A stretch of 64,000 nt of DNA from Thermoanaerobaculia bacterium (GCA_036402955.1 DASWRX010000371.1:5204-69203), one strand, 5' to 3'. Counted from the stretch's first letter, positions 1 through 10,438 are shown. Notes: generated by a model from the letters alone, not told the origin. Numbers and translations are program-made.

Positions 1-3000
1 CATGTGCTCGGGAAGCCGCCCCCGCAGGCCGGCGCGCAGCGCCACCCCCTCCAGCGCGAGCCGGCCGGCGACGTAGGCCACGATCTGGAGCACGCCGAGA
101 TCATCGCGGGCAACCGCCGCCGCCTGCTCGACGCCGGGCTGCTCCAGCAGCGCCGCCTCGATCTCCCCCAGCTCGATGCGGAAGCCGCGGATTTTCACTT
201 GGTGGTCGGTGCGGCCGAGGAACTCGAGGGTGCCGTCCGGCCAGGCGCGCGCCAAGTCGCCGCTGCGGTACATCCGGTCCCCCGCGCGGCCGCTGAAGGG
301 ATCGGGAAGAAATCGCTCGGCCGACAAGTCCGGCCGGTTCAGGTAGCCACGGGCCAGGCCGGCGCCGCCGATGAACAGCTCCCCCGGAACGCCCGCCGGT
401 GCCGGGCTCAGCGCGGCGTCGAGGAGGTAGAGCCGCGCGTTGGCGATCGGCCGCCCGATCGGGACCGGCCCGCCGCCGATCTCCCCCGCCCGCCGCCGGT
501 AGACGCAGCAGCCGACCGTGGCCTCGGTGGGGCCGTACTCGTTGATCACTTCGACCACGGGCGCGTGCCGGGCCCAGAACGCCAGGTCCCGGCCGGCGAG
601 CGCCTCGCCGCCGACCACCAGGATCCGGGCCCGGCCCGCTGCCGCCGGCTCGAGCCCTTGCCCCAGGGCCTCCAGATGGGAGGGAGTCAGCTTGAGCAGG
701 CCATAGGGGGGCCCTGCCGACCCGAGCGCCGCCTGCAGGGCCTCGACCCCCCGCGCCGGCGGCAGCAGCTCCACGGCGCCGCCGCTCACCAGCGGACCCC
801 AGAGGCTGGTCACCGTGAGGTCGAAGCCCAGGGGCGAGTGGACCGGCGCGCCGGCCCCCGCTCCCAAGCCGTAGGCCTCGACACTCCACGAGAGATAGCC
901 GAGCAGCGCCCCGTGGGAGATCATCACCCCCTTCGGCCAGCCGGTCGAGCCGGAGGTGTAGATCACGTAGGCGAGACTCGCGGGCTCCACAGACGTGGAG
1001 AACGGGGGCTCCGTTCCCCCGGGATCCGCATCCAGCGACAGCCGTGGGCTCCAGCTCACCCGGTCGGCCAGGCGGTCGACGGTCAGCAGCAGCGCCGCAC
1101 CGGCGTCCTCGAGGATCCAGCGCAGCCGCGCCGGCGGGTGCTCGGGATCGAGCGGCACGTAGACGCCGCCGGCCTTGAGCACCGCCAGAGCCGCCGCCAC
1201 CATCTCGGGCGAGCGGTCGAACAGGAGCCCCACCCGGACCTCGGGACCGACCCCCAGGCCGCGGAGGCGGCGGGCCCAACCGCCGGCCCAGCGATCGAGC
1301 TCGGCGTAGGTGAGGCTCCGCCCGCCGGCGACCAAGGCTGTGGCGCCGGGCACGCGCGCCGCCTGCCGCTCGAAGAGGCGGTGGAAGCCCAGCTCGGCGG
1401 GCGGATCGGCCGCGGTGTCGTTCCACTCCAACAGGAGCTGCTGGCCCTCGGCGGCGGTCAGCGAGGGAAGGTCGGAGAGACGCCGGTCCGGCGCCGCGGC
1501 GATCGCCGCCAGCAGACCCGCGAAGTGGCCGGCCAGCCGCCGGATGGTGGCGGGCTTGAACAGATCCGACCGGTACTCCCACCGTCCCGCAAGCCCCTCC
1601 TCCCTCTCGGTCAGGTGAAGGGTGAGGTCGAACTTCGCCGTGCCGGTGTCGACCTCCTCGGGACGGAGCCGGATGCCGCCGAGGTCGAGATCCCGCGGCG
1701 GCCCGCTCTGCAAGGCCAGCATCGCCTGGAACAGCGGCGCATGGCCGAGCTCGCGGCTGGCGCCCACCTCCCCCACCAGCTTCTCGAAGGGCACGTCCTG
1801 GTTGGTGTAGGCGGCCAGGGCGGTCTCCCGCACCTGCCCGAGCAGCTCACGGAATCCGGGATCCCCCGAGAGGTCGGCGCGCAGCACCAGGGTATTGACG
1901 AAGCAGCCGATCAGCGGTTCGATCTCGACCCGCCCACGGTTGGCTACCGGGGTCCCCACCAGCACGTCCCGCTGCCTGCTGTAGCGGGAGAGCAGGGCCT
2001 GAAAGGCGGCGAGCAGCGCCATGAACAGCGTCCCGCCGTCCCGGCGGCCCAGCCGCCCCAGAGCGGCGACGAGCGGCCGCTCCAGGGAGAACGGCACCGA
2101 GGCGCCGCGCCAGCCCGCCACCGGCGGGCGTGGGTGGTCGGCCGGCAGGTCGAGCAAGGTGGGAGCCCCGGCCAGCCGCTCCTTCCAGTAGGCGAGCTGC
2201 GGCGCCAGCGCCTCCCCGGCCAGCCAGCTCCGCTGCCACGCGGCGTAGTCCGGGACCTGGATCGCCAGCTCGGGCAGCGCGGGGCGAGCGCCGGCCGAGA
2301 ACGCCGCGTAGCCGGCCTCCAGCTCGGCGAGGAAGACCCCCAGCGACCAGCCATCGGAGATGATGTGGTGCTGGCTTCCGGCGAGCGCCCCCTCGCCGCC
2401 GCCGAACCACAGCAGGGCCAGCCGCAGCAAGGGTCCGCGCTCCAGGTCGAACGGGTGCCGCGCCAGCCTGGTCGCCAGGGCGCGGGCCTCCGGCTCCCGC
2501 GCTCGCGCCGGCAGGGCGCTCAGGTCGATGATGGGAAGGGGGGGGAGGGGAACGGCCACCGGCGGCGCCACCCTCTGGACCGCCCGCCCGTCCTCCAGGT
2601 GAAAGGTGGTCCGCAGGGCTTCGTGCCGGCGGACGATCTCCGCGACGGCGCGGGCGAGCGCCGCGAGGTCGACAACCCCGTGGAAGCGGGCAGAGAAGGC
2701 CAGGTTGTAGGCGGCGCTCTCCGGCTGCAGCCGGTGGAGGAACCAGAGCCGCTCCTGGGCGAAGGAGAGAGGGAGCCCGCTCCCGCGCGGGACGCGCTCC
2801 AGGGGGGGAGGCGAGGTCCCGCGCCGCGACCGCGAAGCCTGCTCCACCGCCGCGGCGAGCGACCGCACGGTGCGCGCGTCGAACAGGACTCGCACCGGCA
2901 GGTCCACCTGGAAGGCGGCGGCCAGCCGCGAGACCACCCGCGTGGTGTGCAGGGAGTGCCCGCCGAGATCGAAGAAATCCTCGGCGTTCCCGACGCTCTC

Positions 3001-6000
3001 GAGCCCCAGAACCTCCTCCCAGATCCCCGCGACCACCTCCTCGACCGGCGTGCGGAACCCGGCGCGCTCCAGGCTCCCCTCCGCCCGCACGCCGTCCGGC
3101 GCCGGCAGGGCCCGGCGGTCGATCTTGCCGCTGCCGGTGAGGGGGAAGGCGTCGAGGATCACGAAGATCTGGGGCACCATGTAGACGGGCAGCCGCGCGC
3201 GCAGGAGCTCGCGCAGCTCCGCTACCGCGGGCGCCGCGCCCTGCCGCGGGGTCAGATAGGCGACCAGCCGCTGGTCCCCCGGCCGGTCCTCGCGCGCCAG
3301 CACCACCGCCTCGGCGACTTTGGGATGGCCGCGCAGGACCGCCTCGATCTCCCCCAGCTCGATGCGGAAACCCCGCATCTTCACCTGGTGGTCGAGGCGC
3401 CCGAGGTACTCGATCTCGCCGTCCGCCCGCCGGCGGCCGAGGTCCCCCGTCCGGTACAGGCGGCCGCCCGGCTCGCCGCTGAATGGGTCGGGGAGGAAAC
3501 GCTCGGCGGTCAGGGCGGGGCGGTGGAGATAACCGCGCGCCAGGCCGCCGCCAGCGATCATCAGCTCCCCGGCGATCCCGGCCGGCTGCAGCTCGCCGCC
3601 GCGAACGGCGTAGATCCGGTTGCCGGCGGTCGGCCACCCGATCGTCGGCGGCGCCGAAGTCTCCGCCGGCACCAGGGAAAAGGTCGAGTAGACCGTGTCC
3701 TCCGACGGGCCATAGAGATTGAACACCCGGCGCACCCCCGGCTGCGCGTAGGCCTGATCGACCAGGTCGCGGGGGAGGGGCTCGCCGCCCAGGTTGAGGG
3801 TGGAGACCGACGCCGGCAGGGGGCCACCGCGCAGCAGCTCCCGCAGGATCGAGGGGACGATGCTGATCGCCGTGACCTCCCCGGTGTGTGAAGAGGCGGG
3901 CAGGTCGAGCGCGTCGCGGACCATGAACAGCGCGCCGCCACAGCTCAGCGGCGCGAACAGCTCGGCCACCGAGACGTCGAAGCAGACCGAGGTGGCGGCC
4001 AGGGCCCGCCGCAGCACCTCCGGCGTGAACGCCTCCACGCACCAGCGGACGATGGCCACCGCGCTGCGGTGCTCCACCGCGATCCCCTTCGGCCGGCCCG
4101 TCGATCCCGAGGTGTAGATCAGGTAAGCCAGGTTCCGCTCGCCCGCCGGCGCCGGTGGAAGGCCGGTTCCGGGCCCAGGCTCCCCATCCCACTCCCCCGG
4201 CAGGATCACGGCCGGGCCGCCGGCCGGCAGCCACTCCGATCGTTCGCCGGCCAGCAGGATGGGAACGCGGGCGTCCTCCAGCATCCAGGCGACGCGCTCC
4301 CGCGGATAGGCGGGATCGAGGGGGAGATAGACCCCTCCGGCCTTGAGCACGCCCAGCAGGGCGACCACCAGATCGGCGCCGCGTTCCAACAGGACGCCCA
4401 CGGCCACCTCCGGCCCGACCCCGCGCCGGCGCAGGTGGCGGGCCAGCCGCTCCGCCCGGGCGTCCAGCTCAGCGTAGGTGAGCGACTCGCGGGCGCCCAC
4501 CACGGCCGGCGCGCCGGGGGTGAGCGCCGCCTGCCGCTCGAACAGGTGATGGACGCAGACTCCCGGGGGCCAGACCCGCGCCGTGTCGTTGTGCTCCGCA
4601 ACGAGCTGGTGCCGCTCCGGCCCGGTGAGCAGCGGCAGACCGGACACCGCTGCATCCGGCCGGTCCAGGGCACCTCCCAGCAACGTCCGGAAATGGCCGA
4701 GCATCCGCTGGACGGTGGCGGCGTCGAACAGGCCGGTGCTGTATTGCAGGGAGACGATCAGCTCGCCGCCGGCCAGCGCCGCGGCCAGCGTCAGGTCGAA
4801 CTGGGCCAGCCGCTGCTCCAGCCGCCCCGACTCGAGGTCCAGTGGGCCGAGCCGCAGCCGTCCCCCCTCCTCGCCGAGCGCGAACGCGACCAGCGAAGGG
4901 TCGGCGAAGGCGGGGGCCTTCTGCAGCACGAGCATCGTCTGGAAGATCGGTGAGCGGCCCGGATCGCGCTCTGGCTGCAGGCGGTCCACGAGCAGGACGA
5001 AGGGGAGCTCCTGGTGCTCCAGTGCGGAGAGGGCGGCCGCCCGGGCCCGTGCGGCGAGCTCCCGGAAACTAGGACCGCCTGCGGCGCTCAGCCGGATCGC
5101 TACCGGATTGACGAAGTAGCCGACCACGGAGTCGAAACGGGACTGCAGCCGGCCGGTGGACGGGGAGCCGATCACCACCTCGTCCTGGCCGCTGTACCGG
5201 TGCAGGAGTGCCTGATAGGCGGCGAGCAGGACGGCGAAGAGGGTCGCGCCACCCGCCGCGGCGAGCGCCTCGATCCCCGCCGTCTCGCGAGACCCGAGCC
5301 GGATCGAGGCGGCGGCGCCGGCGAACGTCTGGACGCGGGGTCGCGGGCGGTCGGTGGCGAGGTCGAGCAGGGGGAGCTCGCCGGCGAGCTCCCGGCGCCA
5401 GAAGTCCCACAGCCGCTCTCCCTGTTCCCCCGCGAGCCGCTCCTCCTGCCAGTGTACGTAGTCGCCGTAGCCCGCCTCCAGCCGGGGGAGGACGGCGGTT
5501 CGCCCGGACACCTCCGCGCCGTAGCTCTCCCCCAGCTCCCGCACCAGCACCGCCAGCGACCACAGGTCGACCACGATGTGGTGAGCCACGAACAGCAGCA
5601 GGTGCTCCCCCTCGCGGCGCCAGCAGTGCACCCGGAAGGCCGGGCCGGCCACGAGGTCGAAGGGCCGAGCCGCCGCTTCGGCGAGCCGGGCGCGCAGCCG
5701 CTCCTCCGGCCAGCCGGTGGCGTCCTCGGCGTGGAAGGGGACCGCGAACGGCGCCACCGCGATCTGGACCGGTGAGTCCCCCCGCGGCTCGAAGCGGACG
5801 CGCAGCGCGGCGTGGCGGTCCGCCATCGCCTGGAACGAACGCTCCAGGGCGGTGGCGCTCAGCGGCCCGCGGATCCGCGCCGTCCCGGCCACGTTGTAGG
5901 CGGCGCTCTCCGGTGCCAGCCGGTGGAGGAACCAGAGCGCCTGCTGGCCGCGGGAGAGCGGGATCTCGCCGGTCGCGGTCTCCGGCGGGGCGACCGCGGG

Positions 6001-8049
6001 CGGCGGCGTGGGCACGGGCGCCGAGAGCTGCTCAACCACCCGCGCCGCCAGGTCGGCGATGCTCGCGTCCTGGAGGAAGCTGAGCACGGGGAGAGCGGCG
6101 CCGAGCTCGTGCTCGATCGCGTGCAGGAGCTCGATGTCGGCCAGCGAGTCCAGGCCGTAGCGGACCAGCGGCTGCGCGACGTCGATCTCCCGGCGGGCGA
6201 AGCCGAGCCGGGCGGCGACCCGGGCGGCGATCCACTCCTGGACCGCCGCGGGTTCCGTCCCGCCTGCCGGGGGAGTCGCGTCCGTCTCCACCTCCTGCGC
6301 CGCCCCGGCCCGCCATTCGAGGACGACCGCCAGGGCACCGTCCAGGAAGGCCTGGCGAAGCGCCCGGCGCTGGATCTTGCCGCTCGAGGTCTTGAGGATC
6401 GACCCCGTGCGGACGAGCACGATGGCATACGCCTGGATCTCATGCTCCTCGGCCACCGAGCGGCGGATCGCCTCGACGGCGGAGCCCAGGTCTCCCGCCC
6501 GGGCGGTGCGGACGACCTCCTGGGCCACCACCAGGCGCTCCTCCCCGCCGACCTCGACCGAGAAGGCCGCTCCCTCCGCAGGCCGCAGGGCCGCGTCGCA
6601 GCGTTCCACCGTCCGCTCGATGTCCTGGGGATAATGGTTGCGCCCGCGGATGATGAGCAGGTCCTTCAGCCGGCCGGTGACGTACAGCTCGCCGTCGGCG
6701 ACGAACCCGAGGTCGCCGGTCCTCAGGAAGGTCTCCTCCCCGCCGCCGGCCAGACGGGCCTGGAAGGTGCGCTCCGACTCCTCGGGCCGATCCCAGTATC
6801 CCTGGGCCACGCTCGACCCGGCGACCCAGATCTCCCCGATCCAGCCCGGCTCGCGGGGGACCGCGGACTCCGGATCGACGATCCGGATCTCCTGGTCCAG
6901 CCAGGCCGCGCCGCAGCTCACCAGGGAACGGGCGTCGGCCTCCCCCTCCGCCGCCGGCAGAGCGCGGTTCCGCTCCAGCTCGGCGCGCTGGAAATCCCGC
7001 GTCCGGGCGCCATGCATCCGGGCGCCGCCGGAGACGAACAGCGTCGCCTCGGCCAAGCCGTAGCAGGGATAGAACGCCTCGCGCCGGAATCCGCAGGGCG
7101 CGAAGGCCTCGGCGAACCGGTCGAGGGTCTCCCCCTGGATGGGCTCGGCGCCGTTGAAGGCGACCGTCCAGGAGCTGAGGTCGAGCGATTCCCGCTGCTC
7201 GGGCCGGATCTTGCGGACGCAGAGGTCGTAAGCGAAGTTGGGGCCGCCGCTCGTCGTCGCCCGGTAGCGGGTGATCGCCTCCAGCCAGCAGGCCGGCCGC
7301 TGCAGGAAGGCCACCGGCGGCAGCAGGATGCAGCGGGCGCCGACGTACAGGGGCTGCAGCACGTTGCCGATGAGCCCCATGTCGTGGAACAGCGGCAGCC
7401 AGCCGGCGATCACCGAGCGCTCGTCCTGCTCGAAGGCGCGCTGGATCATCCGCTCGTTGTGGAGCAGGTTGCCATGGCTGACCATGACCCCTTTCGGCGT
7501 CGAGGTCGAGCCCGAGGTGTATTGGAGGAACGCCAGCGTGCCTTCGTCGACCCGCGGCTGGCGCCAACCCCCGGCCTCGCCGTCGCCGATCGCCTCCACC
7601 GCTTCCCAGCGCAGGGCCTGGAGGCCGGGAGCCTGGGCGAGCCGGGGGCTGATCTGCGCCAGGATGGCCTGCGTGGTCAGCGCCATCGCCGGCCGGGCAT
7701 CGTCCACGATGGCCTGCAGGCGATCGAAGGAGCGGTTCGGGCGTGGCGGATAGGCCGGCACCGGCACCGCCCGGGCATAGAGGCAGCCGAAAAACGCCGC
7801 GACGTACTCCAGACCGGGCGGGAAGATCATCAGCACCCGCTCGTCGGCGAGGCCCGCCTCTTGAAGGTGGGCGCCGATGGCACGGGCCCGGCGGTCCAGC
7901 TCCCCGTAGGTCAGGGCGGCCGTCGGCTCCTTCCCCTCGCCGAGGAAGACGTACGCCTCCTCGCCGGACTGCCGCTCGGCTCGTTCGGCGAGGAGGCCGA
8001 TCAGGCTGGACAGGCGTCCGCTCCGCACAGCCCGGCCGGCCGAGGACAT
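1..8049 (-). CDS. Non-ribosomal peptide synthetase, 5' portion (FAAL-type starter domain, carrier, then C-A-T-C-A...; continues beyond position 1)
   Basis: Reverse-strand translation from the ATG at 8049 is an unbroken frame to position 1. It is not in the ORF track because no stop lies inside the window. N-terminus resembles fatty-acyl-AMP ligase starters (LTYGELDRRARAIGAHL, FFGCLYAGAVPVP, FLQYTSGSTSTPKGVMVSHGNLL). Next come a carrier (RYGLDSLADIELLHAIE), a C domain (HHIVVDLWS), an A domain (LAYLIYTSGSTGRPKG, NLYGPSEDT, GELMIAGGGLARGY, YRTGDL, GRLDHQVKMRGFRIELGEIE), a T domain (LGGHSLHTTRV), a second C (HHIISDGWS) and a second A (YVIYTSGSTGWPKG, NEYGPTEATV, GELFIGGAGLARGY, YRSGDL, GRTDHQVKIRGFRIELGEIE) that reaches the window edge. 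Approximate domain spans on the minus strand, +/-150 nt: FAAL 8049-6350, CP 6330-6080, C 5990-4700, A 4650-3230, T 3200-2960, C 2820-1500, A 1480-<1. Confidence 0.9.
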   Translation of the reverse strand, partial: MSSAGRAVRSGRLSSLIGLLAERAERQSGEEAYVFLGEGKEPTAALTYGELDRRARAIGAHLQEAGLADERVLMIFPPGLEYVAAFFGCLYARAVPVPAYPPRPNRSFDRLQAIVDDARPAMALTTQAILAQISPRLAQAPGLQALRWEAVEAIGDGEAGGWRQPRVDEGTLAFLQYTSGSTSTPKGVMVSHGNLLHNERMIQRAFEQDERSVIAGWLPLFHDMGLIGNVLQPLYVGARCILLPPVAFLQRPACWLEAITRYRATTSGGPNFAYDLCVRKIRPEQRESLDLSSWTVAFNGAEPIQGETLDRFAEAFAPCGFRREAFYPCYGLAEATLFVSGGARMHGARTRDFQRAELERNRALPAAEGEADARSLVSCGAAWLDQEIRIVDPESAVPREPGWIGEIWVAGSSVAQGYWDRPEESERTFQARLAGGGEETFLRTGDLGFVADGELYVTGRLKDLLIIRGRNHYPQDIERTVERCDAALRPAEGAAFSVEVGGEERLVVAQEVVRTARAGDLGSAVEAIRRSVAEEHEIQAYAIVLVRTGSILKTSSGKIQRRALRQAFLDGALAVVLEWRAGAAQEVETDATPPAGGTEPAAVQEWIAARVAARLGFARREIDVAQPLVRYGLDSLADIELLHAIEHELGAALPVLSFLQDASIADLAARVVEQLSAPVPTPPPAVAPPETATGEIPLSRGQQALWFLHRLAPESAAYNVAGTARIRGPLSATALERSFQAMADRHAALRVRFEPRGDSPVQIAVAPFAVPFHAEDATGWPEERLRARLAEAAARPFDLVAGPAFRVHCWRREGEHLLLFVAHHIVVDLWSLAVLVRELGESYGAEVSGRTAVLPRLEAGYGDYVHWQEERLAGEQGERLWDFWRRELAGELPLLDLATDRPRPRVQTFAGAAASIRLGSRETAGIEALAAAGGATLFAVLLAAYQALLHRYSGQDEVVIGSPSTGRLQSRFDSVVGYFVNPVAIRLSAAGGPSFRELAARARAAALSALEHQELPFVLLVDRLQPERDPGRSPIFQTMLVLQKAPAFADPSLVAFALGEEGGRLRLGPLDLESGRLEQRLAQFDLTLAAALAGGELIVSLQYSTGLFDAATVQRMLGHFRTLLGGALDRPDAAVSGLPLLTGPERHQLVAEHNDTARVWPPGVCVHHLFERQAALTPGAPAVVGARESLTYAELDARAERLARHLRRRGVGPEVAVGVLLERGADLVVALLGVLKAGGVYLPLDPAYPRERVAWMLEDARVPILLAGERSEWLPAGGPAVILPGEWDGEPGPGTGLPPAPAGERNLAYLIYTSGSTGRPKGIAVEHRSAVAIVRWCVEAFTPEVLRRALAATSVCFDVSVAELFAPLSCGGALFMVRDALDLPASSHTGEVTAISIVPSILRELLRGGPLPASVSTLNLGGEPLPRDLVDQAYAQPGVRRVFNLYGPSEDTVYSTFSLVPAETSAPPTIGWPTAGNRIYAVRGGELQPAGIAGELMIAGGGLARGYLHRPALTAERFLPDPFSGEPGGRLYRTGDLGRRRADGEIEYLGRLDHQVKMRGFRIELGEIEAVLRGHPKVAEAVVLAREDRPGDQRLVAYLTPRQGAAPAVAELRELLRARLPVYMVPQIFVILDAFPLTGSGKIDRRALPAPDGVRAEGSLERAGFRTPVEEVVAGIWEEVLGLESVGNAEDFFDLGGHSLHTTRVVSRLAAAFQVDLPVRVLFDARTVRSLAAAVEQASRSRRGTSPPPLERVPRGSGLPLSFAQERLWFLHRLQPESAAYNLAFSARFHGVVDLAALARAVAEIVRRHEALRTTFHLEDGRAVQRVAPPVAVPLPPLPIIDLSALPARAREPEARALATRLARHPFDLERGPLLRLALLWFGGGEGALAGSQHHIISDGWSLGVFLAELEAGYAAFSAGARPALPELAIQVPDYAAWQRSWLAGEALAPQLAYWKERLAGAPTLLDLPADHPRPPVAGWRGASVPFSLERPLVAALGRLGRRDGGTLFMALLAAFQALLSRYSRQRDVLVGTPVANRGRVEIEPLIGCFVNTLVLRADLSGDPGFRELLGQVRETALAAYTNQDVPFEKLVGEVGASRELGHAPLFQAMLALQSGPPRDLDLGGIRLRPEEVDTGTAKFDLTLHLTEREEGLAGRWEYRSDLFKPATIRRLAGHFAGLLAAIAAAPDRRLSDLPSLTAAEGQQLLLEWNDTAADPPAELGFHRLFERQAARVPGATALVAGGRSLTYAELDRWAGGWARRLRGLGVGPEVRVGLLFDRSPEMVAAALAVLKAGGVYVPLDPEHPPARLRWILEDAGAALLLTVDRLADRVSWSPRLSLDADPGGTEPPFSTSVEPASLAYVIYTSGSTGWPKGVMISHGALLGYLSWSVEAYGLGAGAGAPVHSPLGFDLTVTSLWGPLVSGGAVELLPPARGVEALQAALGSAGPPYGLLKLTPSHLEALGQGLEPAAAGRARILVVGGEALAGRDLAFWARHAPVVEVINEYGPTEATVGCCVYRRRAGEIGGGPVPIGRPIANARLYLLDAALSPAPAGVPGELFIGGAGLARGYLNRPDLSAERFLPDPFSGRAGDRMYRSGDLARAWPDGTLEFLGRTDHQVKIRGFRIELGEIEAALLEQPGVEQAAAVARDDLGVLQIVAYVAGRLALEGVALRAGLRGRLPEHM

Positions 8050-8052
8050 TGA

Positions 8053-8443
8053 AAGGGGTCTCTCACCGTGGAAGGATCAAGCTATCATGATCCCAGGACC
8101 GGAAGACCCGGAAGAAGAGCACCATACAGCCTCAAGTGCAGGGGAACGCGCATTCCGGGGCAAGGCCCCGCGAGTTTCCTGCGACCCTGCCGGCGGTGGC
8201 AGGCCGGCATCCCCTAGCCTACACAGCTCGGCTCCGGGGCCCGTGTTTGTGCCAAATTGGCTCAAGGGCTCTGGAGGCTGTCCGCCAGCCTCTCTCGTTT
8301 GGCGCTGGCGGCCAGGAAGGGCCGTTGCCGGCGCGGCGTACGCCCCTCCTGCTGACAGCCGTCATCATAACCGTGACGACAAGTGTAGTCAAGGATCGAG
8401 CGGCTCTCGATCAGGGCCTCTGGAACGGATACAATCCCGCGCC
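8053..8443. promoter_or_regulatory. Divergent intergenic/promoter region between the NRPS and the DegT aminotransferase
   Basis: 391 bp non-coding gap between two divergently transcribed genes. It contains a TACAAT -10-like hexamer shortly upstream of the aminotransferase GTG start and an imperfect palindrome GTCATCATAACCGTGAC. Confidence 0.3.
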
Positions 8444-9553
8444 GTGAACGTACCCATCCTCGATCTCAACCGTGTCCGCCAGCGCATCGCCCCCCAGCTC
8501 GACGAGCGGTGGCGGCGCGTTCTCGACCAGACCTCTTTCGTGCTCGGGCCCGAGGTGAAGGAGTTCGAATCGGCCTTCGCCGCCTATCTGGGCGTCGAGG
8601 CCTGCGCCGGCCTCGGCAACGGCACCGACGCGCTGCTCCTCTCCCTGCGCGCGCTGGGCCTGAAGCCGGGCGACGAGGTGATCGTCCCCGCGTTCAGCTT
8701 CTTCGCCACCGCCGAGGCGGTCGCCCTGCTGGGCGGCCAGGTGGTGTTCGCCGACGTCGATCCCGAGACCCTGAACCTCGACGCGGCGGACGCCGAGGCG
8801 CGGGTGACGGAGCGCACCGCGGGGATCATCGGCGTCCATCTCTATGGCCGTCCCTTCGACGTGGACGCCCTGCTCGGCCTCTGCGGGCGGCGCGGCCTCT
8901 GGCTGCTGGAGGACGCCGCCCAGGCGCACGGCGCCGAGTGGAAGGGCCGCAAGGTGGGCGGCTTCGGCCAGCTCGCCGCCTGGAGCTTCTACCCGACCAA
9001 GAACCTCGGCTGCTTCGGCGACGGCGGCGCGGTGACCGGCGACGACCGCGCCCTGGTCCAGCACGTCTTCAGCCTCGGCAATCACGGCCAGACGGTGCGC
9101 TACACCCACCACGAGATCGGCACCAACAGCCGGCTCGACAGCCTGCAGGCCGCCGTCCTCAACTGCCGGCTGGCGCTGCTCGAGCAGGACAACGCCCGCC
9201 GCGGCGAGATCGCCTGCCGCTACCACGGCGCCTTCGCCGGGGTGGGCGACCTGCGGCTGATTCCCGATCCGCCCGGCGTGCGCACGGTGTACCACCAGTT
9301 TACCGTCCGCAGCTCCCGGCGGGACGAGCTGGCGGCCCATCTCAAGACGCGCGGCATCGCCTCGGCCATCCACTACCCCTCGCCTCTCCACCAGCAGCCC
9401 GCGATGAAGGGGCTGGTGGAGGTGCGCGACGGGGACCTCCCCGTCTCCACCGCCGCCGCGCGGGAGGTGCTCTGCCTCCCCGTCTTCCCCGAGCTGACGA
9501 ACGAGGAGGTCGAAGCGGTCTCGGGCGCGGTGCGGGAGTTCTTCGGAGCCTGA
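8444..9553 (+). CDS. DegT/DnrJ/EryC1/StrS family PLP-dependent (sugar) aminotransferase
   Basis: Family-typical sequence ILDLNRVRQ..., GNGTDALLLSL, DEVIVPAFSFFATAEAV and C-terminal region. The start was moved from the track's 8087 to the in-frame GTG at 8444 (codon 120), because the upstream 119 aa are low-complexity. Confidence 0.8.
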   Translation: MNVPILDLNRVRQRIAPQLDERWRRVLDQTSFVLGPEVKEFESAFAAYLGVEACAGLGNGTDALLLSLRALGLKPGDEVIVPAFSFFATAEAVALLGGQVVFADVDPETLNLDAADAEARVTERTAGIIGVHLYGRPFDVDALLGLCGRRGLWLLEDAAQAHGAEWKGRKVGGFGQLAAWSFYPTKNLGCFGDGGAVTGDDRALVQHVFSLGNHGQTVRYTHHEIGTNSRLDSLQAAVLNCRLALLEQDNARRGEIACRYHGAFAGVGDLRLIPDPPGVRTVYHQFTVRSSRRDELAAHLKTRGIASAIHYPSPLHQQPAMKGLVEVRDGDLPVSTAAAREVLCLPVFPELTNEEVEAVSGAVREFFGA

Positions 9554-9556
9554 GCG

Positions 9557-10438
9557 GTGGCTACCGCCCACCTGGTGGACGCCAGCCCCTACATCTTCCG
9601 GGGGCACTTCTCGCTGCCGTCCAGCATCAGGACGCCGGACGGCAGCCCGGCCGCGGCCTCCTACGGCTTCACCTCGTTCCTGCTCAAGCTGATCGCGGAC
9701 GAGAAGCCCACCCATCTCGCGGTGACCTTCGACCGCAGCCTCAACAGCAGCTTCAGGAACGAGATCTTCCCCGCCTACAAGCAGCAGCGGGTGCTGCCGC
9801 CCCCCGAGCTCGAGGCGCAGCTCGGCGCCTGCGAGGAGATCGCGGCGGCGCTCGGGGCGGCCACCTTCGTCGACGACCGCTACGAGGCGGACGATCTGAT
9901 CGGCGCCCTCTGCACCGGCCTGGAGGCGCAAGGGCACGGGGCCGTGATCGTCACCTCCGACAAGGACCTCGCCCAGCTCGTGAACGAGCGGGTCTCCCTC
10001 TTCGACGCCGCCAAGGGGCTCCGCCTCGGCCCCGAGGCCGTGTTCGAGAAGTTCGGCGCGCGGCCGGACCAGATCACGGACTTCCTGGGCCTCGCCGGCG
10101 ACACGGTGGACAACATCCCCGGCGTCAAGGGGATCGGCGCCAAGTCCGCCGCCGAGCTGCTCGCCCGCTTCGGCCATCTGGAGGATCTCTACGCGCGGCT
10201 CGACGAGTTCCCCTGGTCGAACATCCGCGGCGCCAAGTCGCTTCACGCCAAGCTGGCCGCCAACCGGGAGATCGCTTTCCTCTCCAAGCAGCTCTCGACC
10301 GTCGCCCGGGAGGTGCCGGGGGTGAGCGCCGACCTCAAGAGCCTGGAGTACCGGGGGGCCGATCCGGCGAAGGTCGAGGAGCTGTTCAAGCGGCTGGGAT
10401 TCAACAAGATCCGCGAGCGGGTGCCCGCGCGAAGCTAG
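9557..10438 (+). CDS. 5'-3' exonuclease (Pol I N-terminal/FEN-like stand-alone flap endonuclease)
   Basis: Motifs HLVDASPYIFRGHF, LAVTFD, YEADDLIG, VTSDKDLAQLV and the H3TH region DNIPGVKGIGAKSAAELL. Confidence 0.8.
   Translation: MATAHLVDASPYIFRGHFSLPSSIRTPDGSPAAASYGFTSFLLKLIADEKPTHLAVTFDRSLNSSFRNEIFPAYKQQRVLPPPELEAQLGACEEIAAALGAATFVDDRYEADDLIGALCTGLEAQGHGAVIVTSDKDLAQLVNERVSLFDAAKGLRLGPEAVFEKFGARPDQITDFLGLAGDTVDNIPGVKGIGAKSAAELLARFGHLEDLYARLDEFPWSNIRGAKSLHAKLAANREIAFLSKQLSTVAREVPGVSADLKSLEYRGADPAKVEELFKRLGFNKIRERVPARS

Noticed and set aside
4-3891. 1295-aa plus-strand ORF (and the 5812..8052 plus-strand ORF) covering the NRPS region
   Set aside because: Low-complexity Arg/Gly/Pro-rich antisense translation typical of high-GC DNA. 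The opposite strand encodes unmistakable NRPS core motifs.
8087-8443. N-terminal 119 codons of the track's aminotransferase ORF
   Set aside because: Low-complexity, non-conserved sequence. The DegT family alignment begins at the GTG at 8444.
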